Of a DNA stretch of 25,633 nt, positions 1 through 7,935 are shown piece by piece. Within the stretch, counting starts at the first letter, position 1. Each line of letters opens with the position of its first letter. Made by a program: the position numbers and the translations under genes. The notes under the pieces are model-generated. The model was not told the origin of the DNA. It made no database searches and saw nothing but the letters and a program-made list of their open reading frames with translations. Location: the NCBI GenBank assembly GCA_964508365.1, contig CAZDTP010000044.1:1-25633 (forward strand). Reading direction: 5' to 3'. The DNA is from an uncultured archaeon. GTDB lineage: Archaea; Asgardarchaeota; Lokiarchaeia; Sigyniarchaeales; SOKP01.

Positions 1-56
1 TTTTTAGTCTTCTCTTGGTTTTAAACTCGCTGTTATCATTTTAATGTTACAATAAT

Positions 57-707
57 TTAATCAATTACATATCCTTGATCTTCCCAAGCTTTTCTCATTA
101 CAGAATTTCGTTTTAAATATTCATCAACTACTTCTTTTGAGACATTATTTAAGGGACAGCTAAAATTAGGACATTTTGAACAACCTAAGAAATGCATTGA
201 GATAAGCCATATTAGTGATAAAACTAATGATATCCAAAAATAGATATATAATTCGGTTATAATAAGTAAAATTAGAGGAATTATCGCAAATAAGGCGATA
301 CTTATTAAAAATTGAATTTTTTCAGAGCTAGTCATGGGAGCGGGATTGTATTTCCATGCTTTATAAATTCCATAATTAGCATAACATTTTACATGCTTAT
401 CTTCCTCGAAAGCATAGTAAGGACAGTGGCTACAGAGAATTTTATTTTCCCAAAATTGGAAAAAAACTATTAAATAAGCAATATACCCTACCGAGAACAC
501 GATTAATAAAGGAAGATTAATTTTCCCCGAAAAAAAGCCAAATAACAATCCTAAAACCCAAGTAATCCATACGCTCAAAACAGGAACCACAAAGTAAATT
601 GTGTCCTTAATATTAAATGAACACATTAATTTTCCATTCACAGCGCAATTTTCACAATTCGAATACTCATCTTCGCATATTTTTCGACTCTGAACTTTTC
701 CTTTCAT
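57..707 (-). CDS. Cys-rich 4-TM membrane protein (three CxxC+C clusters), function unknown
   Basis: 216 aa ORF; GGAGG RBS upstream of ATG; CENC...C, CSHC...C, CSKC...C motifs alternate with pairs of hydrophobic helices. Confidence 0.8.
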   Translation of the reverse strand: MKGKVQSRKICEDEYSNCENCAVNGKLMCSFNIKDTIYFVVPVLSVWITWVLGLLFGFFSGKINLPLLIVFSVGYIAYLIVFFQFWENKILCSHCPYYAFEEDKHVKCYANYGIYKAWKYNPAPMTSSEKIQFLISIALFAIIPLILLIITELYIYFWISLVLSLIWLISMHFLGCSKCPNFSCPLNNVSKEVVDEYLKRNSVMRKAWEDQGYVID

Positions 708-727
708 AACAATTCCCTCCTTCTATC

Positions 728-1204
728 TTAAGAATTTAAAAAAATAATCTTCCTTGCTTCTAATGGTTTTCTCATTTTTAATAAGGGAACAGCGACTCCA
801 TATGTTGTTATTTTATTAGGTACTTTAATCCTTATCCAAATATAATCTTGTGGAAGATTTGCTTTATCTGAATGCTTTAAAAACTTAGAATAAACCCGTC
901 TTGCCTCTTCATTATCCTTAGGTATGATCTCCGCCGTTGTTGTGAAGTGTATTTCAGCAGGGGGTGCTGGTATGATCTTATGAAAGAAATTTTTTCTAAT
1001 AGGGATTGTTACCGCGACTTGCTTTGTTTTTCTTATATTATTTGCTTTTAAGGTATTTTCTCCTGTTTGACAGATAATAAAATCACCATCACTTTGATAA
1101 ACCATAACAGAACTGTAGGGAATATTATTTTCGCTAACTGTAGCTAAAACTAACCACATATTTTTTTTTATAAGCAATCTAACTTTCTGTTTTAAATCAT
1201 TCAT
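728..1204 (-). CDS. Pyridoxamine 5'-phosphate oxidase-like (FMN-binding split barrel) protein
   Basis: LVLATVSENNIPYSSVMVY and TGENTLKANNIRKTKQVAVTI match the PNPOx-like pattern; 20 nt upstream of the 57..707 gene, likely co-transcribed. Confidence 0.75.
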   Translation of the reverse strand: MNDLKQKVRLLIKKNMWLVLATVSENNIPYSSVMVYQSDGDFIICQTGENTLKANNIRKTKQVAVTIPIRKNFFHKIIPAPPAEIHFTTTAEIIPKDNEEARRVYSKFLKHSDKANLPQDYIWIRIKVPNKITTYGVAVPLLKMRKPLEARKIIFLNS

Positions 1205-1322
1205 ATTTTGGATTTTTTTTTGTTTAAATAAAATATTACTCTTTTTAATTAAATATCGATTATTGTTTCTCGTTCCAATATTTTAGATTAATACTTTAAA
1301 GTTTAGAGTTTCGCTTATTTTG

Positions 1323-1484
1323 CTATTTTTTACTCTTTTTCTTTACAAAAATCGCATTTCTTTTCATTTTTCGCTGGGTTTTTGGAATATCAGGCTCAGG
1401 TGGTGGGAGTGGAGAGCTTTCTAACAATAATTTTGAGAGTGCCTCAAACATTTTTCTATGTTGCTCTCTGATGTGATGCTGCAT
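1323..1484 (-). CDS. Possible small protein or gene remnant (53 aa, MQHHIREQHRKMFEALSKLLLESSPLPPPEPDIPK...)
   Basis: Hand-translated; not in the ORF track; GC-richer than flanks with a Pro-rich segment; no family recognised. Confidence 0.35.
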   Translation of the reverse strand: MQHHIREQHRKMFEALSKLLLESSPLPPPEPDIPKTQRKMKRNAIFVKKKSKK

Positions 1485-1671
1485 TCAACAAAACCATCTA
1501 AATCATATAAATCTGCAAATATTTTTCCCTCTTCAAGATATATCTCTTCTTAACCTCACTTCCAATATTTTTCATTTTTATAGTTAATTTATTTTATTTA
1601 ATCCAACGGAGAGATAAATGAATTCATTATGTATCTTAAATTGATAAATTTTTAACGTAATCTCTTCTCGT

Positions 1672-2454
1672 TTACGATTCTATTTGACAAGAAGGACAAA
1701 AAAAACCATGACGCCCTGAAATTTCAAAACGGGTAATATCGCTATTGCAATTCGGGCATTTTTCTTCTTTCTTGCGATGTGGAATTAAAAACTCGTTAGG
1801 ATAAGCGCTTAAATCGCCTTTTTTCTTGATTCCATACTCCAAGACTTCTTTGATATTAGCAAACAATTCTTTTACTTTACTATCGCTTAATGTATTAATA
1901 TTAGTTTTAGGATGTATTTTTGACCTGAACAAAATTTCATCGGAATAAATATTACCGATACCTGCTATAAAACTTTGATTTAAGAGTGCGTTTTTAGCAA
2001 TAGCACTTCTTTTCTGCACAGCTTCTTGAAAATCTTCAAATATCATTTTGTATGCGTCTGGTCCTAATTTTTTATTTTCAATAAATTCTTCGATTGAATT
2101 AGCGAGTGATACCTTTCCGAACATTCTAATGGAGATATAGGCTAAATTAAAACCATTATTGAATTTGAATATGACTTTACTGAATTTAGGGGTATACTCA
2201 TTGGTATCGTAGTATTCTAAATCTCCACTCATTCCAAAATGCATTACTAGATATCGTGGTTTTAGGTATACAAGAAGATATTTACCGTGCCTAATTGATG
2301 ATTCAAATCGCTTACCTTTTAAAGATTTTCGTAGATATATTTCTTCCGAATCTAAAATTCTATTGTCAATAACTTGAATATCTTGAATTAATTGCTTTAA
2401 GGAAGTTTTATCTAAGTATCGTTTGAATGTTTCAACTTCTGGAAGCTCAGGCAT
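1672..2454 (-). CDS. mutM: Formamidopyrimidine-DNA glycosylase (Fpg/Nei family)
   Basis: N-terminal MPELPEVE (catalytic Pro2/Glu3), RHGKYL, HFGMSG, H2TH motif LLNQSFIAGIGNIYSDEILF, C-terminal Zn finger CPNC...GR...CPSCQ. Confidence 0.95.
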   Translation of the reverse strand: MPELPEVETFKRYLDKTSLKQLIQDIQVIDNRILDSEEIYLRKSLKGKRFESSIRHGKYLLVYLKPRYLVMHFGMSGDLEYYDTNEYTPKFSKVIFKFNNGFNLAYISIRMFGKVSLANSIEEFIENKKLGPDAYKMIFEDFQEAVQKRSAIAKNALLNQSFIAGIGNIYSDEILFRSKIHPKTNINTLSDSKVKELFANIKEVLEYGIKKKGDLSAYPNEFLIPHRKKEEKCPNCNSDITRFEISGRHGFFCPSCQIES

Positions 2455-2502
2455 GATTTTATAAATTTTTTATAAATTCTCTTCAAGCTGCTAAATATAT
2501 TT

Positions 2503-2652
2503 CTATATATCTTCTTCTTTAAGACGATTGACTGATTCAAGAATTAATTCTCTTAAACTTTGGATATTGATATCTCTTTTGATTGGATTTTCGACCTTCT
2601 TAAGAAATTGATCCACGCTCTTATTGGTTGGTTTTGTTTTTAACTCCGTCAT
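2503..2652 (-). pseudogene. DUF1801/YdhG-like gene with a large in-frame internal deletion (49 aa left)
   Basis: Hand translation MTELKTKPTNKSVDQFLKKVENPIKR|DINIQSLRELILESVNRLKEEDI*. The halves resemble the extreme N- and C-termini of DUF1801 proteins (recalled pattern MxELKTKPTxxSVxxFL / DxxVLRELIxxSV); the core is absent. Confidence 0.7.
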
Positions 2653-2873
2653 AGAAATCATGGGTGTATTATTTTATTAAAATGTTCTATTTATAGGATA
2701 TAATATCCATGGATGTTCAATTATCTTCTTGAAAGTGCTTTCGATACAATTCTTCGGTTTATATTTGATAAATTTAGGTCAAGACATTAACTGATATTAT
2801 AATATTCGAGAATTTTTTCTATTCTCCGATAAAAGAAATAATTTTTTATATAGAAACCATTCTTTTTTATTTA

Positions 2874-4169
2874 ATGAACTTACCCGCGATACTGTTGATC
2901 TTGATTTTATTTGCCATTTTGATGGCATTTTTTTCTCAACAAAAGTTCGATTATTTTCCAATTGCTCTAATCATAGGAACTATTGCTGTAGTTTCAATGC
3001 TTACGTTTAGTGGCCTTTCAGAGCAAGAAATTGTTGGCTTCATCAATTTTAATGCTCTGATCTTCATATTTGCCATGCAAGTAATCATTTATTTTGCTAC
3101 TCATAACCGCGTATTAGATTATATGGCGATTAAATTAATCCATATTACGAAAGGAAACAATCGCTTGTTTTTTTATATGATTTGCTTGTTTACAGGCACC
3201 ATAGTTGCTTTTATAGAAGATTTAACCCTTTCGTTGATATTAATCCCTCTCATCTACAGGACGTGCCGGATTTTAGAGATCCCTGCTGGGAGTTATATGA
3301 TGGGGATGACCATAACAATAAACATTGGCGCAATTCTCACGCCTGTTTCAAGTTTAAAAAATTTGATAATCGGCAAGGAATTTGGATGGGGTTTTGGGGA
3401 GTATATAGCCAATATGGGTATTTTATATCTGGTATCGCTAATTCTCACCATATTTTTGATGGATTGGTTTATAATAAGGAAGGAGGAACAGCCAACGGAA
3501 GAAAATAAAAATATCCTCTTATCAATGCTCGACCCTGGAATGGTCATAGAAAATAAATTTTATTTTTTAACAACAATTATCGTAATTATAGCCTCCTTTG
3601 CGTTAATGATTTTAGGATTTGAACCCGCGCTTGTTGCGCTCGTGGTTGCGGCAATTTTTCTGCTTATTCATTCAAAAAAAATTAATTTTTCTGATCTAAA
3701 GAGCGAAATTTCGTGGAAAATCATCATTATCTTTGCGGTTTTATTCATCCTTTCGAATTCTTTATCATTTTTTGGATTTTCGGATTTAATCTCTACTGTA
3801 ATTGTTAGTGTGGTAAATGATAACATTTTTCTAGCCGTATTGATTACTTTATGTCTTTCAACTCTCTTGTCTGCGTTTCTTGCTGGGACACCTGTTACCA
3901 TTATCCTTCTCCCGATTTTTTCTGCTATCATAGGAAAAGGATTCTTTCCAAATCCGATCATCATTGCTTTCATAGGCGGAGTTAATATGGCTGGTAATTT
4001 TTTACCGCAAGGTTCAGCGTGTGATCTTCTTACCCTCACGTTGGCAAAAAAAAACAACGTCGTGAATCTTGATTACAACCGCTTACTCAAAAATGGATCT
4101 ATTTTTGCGACGATGCACTTTTTCCTTATTCTAGGATATACTATGATTTACACTTTAATTTTAATGTAA
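2874..4169 (+). CDS. ArsB/NhaD/SLC13 (IT superfamily) ion transporter
   Basis: 431 aa, about 11-12 TM; NIGAILTPVSSLKNLII and NMAGNFLPQGSACDL are the two repeated re-entrant motifs of the ArsB/P-protein family. Confidence 0.85.
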   Translation: MNLPAILLILILFAILMAFFSQQKFDYFPIALIIGTIAVVSMLTFSGLSEQEIVGFINFNALIFIFAMQVIIYFATHNRVLDYMAIKLIHITKGNNRLFFYMICLFTGTIVAFIEDLTLSLILIPLIYRTCRILEIPAGSYMMGMTITINIGAILTPVSSLKNLIIGKEFGWGFGEYIANMGILYLVSLILTIFLMDWFIIRKEEQPTEENKNILLSMLDPGMVIENKFYFLTTIIVIIASFALMILGFEPALVALVVAAIFLLIHSKKINFSDLKSEISWKIIIIFAVLFILSNSLSFFGFSDLISTVIVSVVNDNIFLAVLITLCLSTLLSAFLAGTPVTIILLPIFSAIIGKGFFPNPIIIAFIGGVNMAGNFLPQGSACDLLTLTLAKKNNVVNLDYNRLLKNGSIFATMHFFLILGYTMIYTLILM

Positions 4170-4408
4170 AAGAATAAACCCTAGAAAATCTTGAATAAAA
4201 AAATCTCTTAATTTTGTATTTACATAAGGTTAGATATATTTTAACAAAATTATTTTTAAATAAGTTTAATGATCATAATTTAATACTTAGTTTAAAGATT
4301 AATAACAAGAAATCTTTATAAAATCCGAATAATTCTGCAGTTTAGTAAATTTATTGATGACTGAAATCTAATATAAATTAATCAAAATTAAACAATAAGG
4401 TATGATAT

Positions 4409-4807
4409 ATGACTGAAATTCAGAAACTTACCAAAATTTCCTTGCTTTTATACGCGCTCGCAGGTTTTATTTTTGCCTTTCTCTACTTGGTGATTCCCGA
4501 TATTTTTATTTACGATTTAACTCAGTGGCCATTTAATGATCCTATTTATTTTAGGTTATTTGGAGGAACTCTTTTAATTCTTGGCTTGGCTTCTCTTTTA
4601 GCTTATTTTAAAAAGGAATGGGAAGAAATAAAACTATTTTTCGAGTTAGCCTTAATGTGGTTATTAATGGTTACAATCATTAATTTTTTTGAATTAACGA
4701 TGATATCTTTACCTGTTATAGCCCTTACGAGCACAATAGTCGATACTATTCTCGTAGCAATCTTATTAATCCTAGGGATATATTGCTATATGAAACAAAG
4801 AGGTTAA
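4409..4807 (+). CDS. Small 4-TM membrane protein, unknown function
   Basis: 132 aa, four hydrophobic segments, followed by a T-tract. Confidence 0.75.
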   Translation: MTEIQKLTKISLLLYALAGFIFAFLYLVIPDIFIYDLTQWPFNDPIYFRLFGGTLLILGLASLLAYFKKEWEEIKLFFELALMWLLMVTIINFFELTMISLPVIALTSTIVDTILVAILLILGIYCYMKQRG

Positions 4808-4831
4808 ATTCAAAAATCTTATTTAATTGTA

Positions 4832-4840
4832 TTTTTTTTT
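4832..4840 (+). terminator. Oligo-T archaeal-type terminator candidate
   Basis: T9 run 25 nt after the 4409..4807 stop. Confidence 0.4.
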
Positions 4841-4885
4841 ATTTGATTTTCGTAGTTCAAGCAAAGACTGAAAAAATGTTTATTG

Positions 4886-5130
4886 TTAAATATTAAGATT
4901 TAGAGTGTCAGTTAAGTCCTCATTTAAAAAGTAAAGCATTCTCTTAGCTACCTTCTTCTTGAAAACTATGTTAAATTCCTTAAATTTATTAAGATATTTA
5001 GTAATCGTATTATAGTGCATGCCCAAGTTCATTGAAAGATGGTTTTTGTTATGCGGTAATCGTTATCTTTCAGACATTCAAGGATTTTTTTACTTTCTTC
5101 TTAATTCTTAATATACGATAAAAAAGGAAA
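4886..5130 (-). pseudogene. Winged-helix transcription regulator C-terminal remnant (frameshift plus premature stop)
   Basis: IFPFLSYIKN*EESKKILECLKDNDYRITK shifts frame in the A-run at about 5043-5047 into NHLSMNLGMHYNTITKYLNKFKEFNIVFKKKVAKRMLYFLNEDL..*, an ArsR-like HTH-wing pattern. Confidence 0.6.
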
Positions 5131-5321
5131 AATTCAGAATTATCCATTTAGCAGAATCATTGCTCAATCTGATTTGGAATTCAAATCGCAATTAAAAACT
5201 AATTTTGAAAGCTACTTAAACAATGGAGAAATTGAAATATATCCTATTTCTAAGTTTTTAAAAAACATATCAGAGAATATGGTTTAGTTATTTTATTGAT
5301 TTCATTTCAGGATATTACCAT

Positions 5322-6191
5322 TTAGCTTAAAATCCTATTAATTTTATTTCCAAGAACTTCGGGTAATTCTCCAAGGTAGGAGTTAAGATCGCAAAAAAGC
5401 AAATAAAGATAAGGTTCAAATAAACCATCAATTGTTGGACCTACATCCGATTTATAGATGTAGACCCATATTTGCTCACCAGCGTGAGTAGATTGACGAT
5501 AAACCCAATTTAAAGGTGGAATTTCTGGAATATTACCAATATTTCTTAAAATCTCGTGGATATCATTAAAGGAATACTTTTTCCCGAGGTTCATTATTGG
5601 TGAAAGGTCGAACGATGTAATACAAATGTCCCTCAAGCCGTAATTTCTTATCTCTTTTAAAAAGTCGCTCCCTAATTGTTTTAGTTGAGTCTTATGTTCA
5701 CTAATTCGGGCTTTAGCTTCAAAGTCAGTTAAAATATTATAAATTTTTTCTTCTTGTACAGGTAACATCTCGATAGCAGACTCTAGAGGGATTTTATATG
5801 TAATGAGCGAATCGTAAATCAGCTTAATTTTTGCGTAAACCGATTTATGAAATAGATACGACTCAGTTTGACATGTAATTAAAACCTCTCCAAAGAATTT
5901 GGTTTTATCCTTTTTAATATCTGATGATTCGTCAGAATTAAATTCGAGTATGTGAATATTCTTAGACATCGCTCGTGCGAATTTAAATAATGCTGAAACT
6001 AGCCCCGCGTTTAATTCAAAAGAATTTGATACTTCAAAATCGGATAGAGGTTTTAGTTCTTCTTTCGAAAAATCAAAAAATCGTAAATATAATTTGATGC
6101 CTTTTGGGGCTTCTTTTACATCCAAGTTATAATAAGGAAAGCCATTACTTGTAATAACCGAAAAATTATAAATAGTCAACTTCTTAGACAA
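5322..6191 (-). CDS. Putative longin-domain + roadblock-domain protein
   Basis: TTG start, 289 aa. N-half IYNFSVITSNGFPYY...NAGLVSALFKFARAMSKNIHILEF is longin-like. C-half has an a-b-b-a-b-b-b-a pattern (GLRDICITSFDLSPIM...YLYLLFCDLNSYLGELPEVL), roadblock-like. Confidence 0.6.
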   Translation of the reverse strand: MSKKLTIYNFSVITSNGFPYYNLDVKEAPKGIKLYLRFFDFSKEELKPLSDFEVSNSFELNAGLVSALFKFARAMSKNIHILEFNSDESSDIKKDKTKFFGEVLITCQTESYLFHKSVYAKIKLIYDSLITYKIPLESAIEMLPVQEEKIYNILTDFEAKARISEHKTQLKQLGSDFLKEIRNYGLRDICITSFDLSPIMNLGKKYSFNDIHEILRNIGNIPEIPPLNWVYRQSTHAGEQIWVYIYKSDVGPTIDGLFEPYLYLLFCDLNSYLGELPEVLGNKINRILS

Positions 6192-6313
6192 TTAAGTAAA
6201 AAACAGATAATTATATTGAGATACTCATAGTATAAAAATATGATTTTAAATATTTTTAGTATGATTTTAGAGTTTATTGTGAAATCTAAATCAATGGAAA
6301 TTAAAATCATAAC

Positions 6314-7678
6314 CTATTCAATTCTAACTCCCTGTTTCTTAAGGCTTGTTTGAACCTTAGAAAGATTAACCTGTCTACAAGAAATATTATCTTTGTAAGA
6401 AATAGCGGCAGCAACTCCTGCTCCTTGACCGGTAACTGTACAACAACACATCTGTCGGGTTGCTGCGTGAGATATTTTATCACCTGCTACACAACGACCT
6501 ACCACGAGTAGGTTTTCTACCTTCTGAGGAACGATAATGCCATAAGGGACTTGAAAATATCTTCCTGTAGTAGGCATGATTGCGATGCCATAACCGTCTA
6601 TGAACTCAGGACATATCCCAATGGAATCTTCGAAACGCCCCTCATTTCTTACATCGTGTTCGGTGATCTCATATTCACCCATAATTTTTCTCGATTCTCT
6701 AGTACCCAATGATGCTCCGATCGTTCTAAGTCTTGCTTTTTTAAAACCGGGAGTGTATTTTTTTAATGCTTTAATTGCCCACATAACTCGCTTTCTACCT
6801 TCGATTTCTGCTTTAGTGAGGTCCCATACATCTGTAGGGTCTATATCTGTCATGTGAATCCCATTGAAAGATGTAATTTCTCCCGCGTCTGTATAATTGG
6901 TCCAAAAACTTTCTATATTGACATCTTTTGGTATCTCACCAGCTTCTTTGGCTTTGTTGAACGGTTCAACCAAATATGTGCTAAAAGAACTTTCTTCCTT
7001 TCCAGAAGTATCACCCCAATCTCCTATACTACCCGGATTTAGGTATATATACATAAGAAATTTACCAATGTTAACTCCACTGCAACCGTAATTAACCGTT
7101 ACTTCCATTAATTCGTTCTTTGGACTTTTACGAAAAGGTACACCTGAATGATATGCTATGTCAGCATCTCCAGTGGCATCTATCACTCTTTTTGCTAAAA
7201 TCGCGTGTCTCCCCGATTTACTTTCCGTTATAACTCCTTTAATTGTATGATCTTCCATCATCACATCAACAGCCGAGCAATGGAGTATAGGTGTAATATT
7301 TGCATCTTGTACGAGCTTATCTGCTATATATTTAAACATTTCAGTATCCAAGATTTCATACGTTGGTTCCCCATTAACCATTAATCCCTCCTTTTCTATT
7401 GTTTTTATCATTTCTTTATTCTTTATGTTTCCGAATACATTGATGCTTCCATTCATATCTTTTGCTAATTTTTCGAATTCTAAACCAATTCCACCAGCAT
7501 CAACTGTTTTCGCGTATCGATACCAAGCAAGGGTTCCGATCATCGCTTGTGTTATAACTCCTCCGAAATAACCATAACGTTCAATAAGCATTGTGTTTAC
7601 TCCTTCTCTAGCAGCAGCAATAGAAGCAGAAAGTCCAGCTGGTCCTCCCCCTACGATTAAAACATCAGTTTCTGCCAT
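6314..7678 (-). CDS. FAD-dependent oxidoreductase (FAD_oxidored/PF12831-like); true start probably near 7717
   Basis: DVLIVGGGPAGLSASIAAAREG...LIERYGYFGG dinucleotide fold; IDATGDAD; NLLVVGRCVA..D; TGQGAGVAAA. Confidence 0.9.
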   Translation of the reverse strand: MAETDVLIVGGGPAGLSASIAAAREGVNTMLIERYGYFGGVITQAMIGTLAWYRYAKTVDAGGIGLEFEKLAKDMNGSINVFGNIKNKEMIKTIEKEGLMVNGEPTYEILDTEMFKYIADKLVQDANITPILHCSAVDVMMEDHTIKGVITESKSGRHAILAKRVIDATGDADIAYHSGVPFRKSPKNELMEVTVNYGCSGVNIGKFLMYIYLNPGSIGDWGDTSGKEESSFSTYLVEPFNKAKEAGEIPKDVNIESFWTNYTDAGEITSFNGIHMTDIDPTDVWDLTKAEIEGRKRVMWAIKALKKYTPGFKKARLRTIGASLGTRESRKIMGEYEITEHDVRNEGRFEDSIGICPEFIDGYGIAIMPTTGRYFQVPYGIIVPQKVENLLVVGRCVAGDKISHAATRQMCCCTVTGQGAGVAAAISYKDNISCRQVNLSKVQTSLKKQGVRIE

Positions 7679-7935
7679 GATGGGAGTTTTTCTTGAAGGT
7701 TCTTCTATTATATTCGTGATTTTTCACCTTTAAACAAACACTTGAATATGGTGAATATTACATAACCATATGAATTTTAAGGATTCAAGTAAATTTCTAT
7801 TTTCCTCAATGGTTTTATTTAATCCATTTTGAATTAAGGGTTAGGTTAATCCTCCTTCTGGCTTTAAAATTAGTTTTATTCAGTAGTAGTTAAATCATAA
7901 TTTCATTTTTATATTTTAGTGATTTATCTATTTTT

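Noticed and set aside
2676-2786. Minus-strand MS-UGA-PKFIKYKPKNCIESTFKKIIEHPWILYPINRTF*
   Set aside because: Short, no recognisable family, UGA at codon 3 without a redox motif
3182-4057. Alternative-frame and antisense ORFs 3182..3508, 3293..3547, 3668..4057
   Set aside because: Fully inside the well-supported transporter gene; no motifs
5019-5111. Plus-strand 30-aa ORF MPKFIERWFLLCGNRYLSDIQGFFYFLLNS
   Set aside because: Better explained as the antisense of the wHTH remnant
6600-7091. Plus-strand ORFs 6600..6857, 6854..7042, 6897..7091
   Set aside because: Antisense shadows of the FAD oxidoreductase
7726-7855. GGAGG followed by an open minus-strand frame (PLIQNGLNKTIEENRNLL...)
   Set aside because: No start codon after the GGAGG, in-frame stop, no family match
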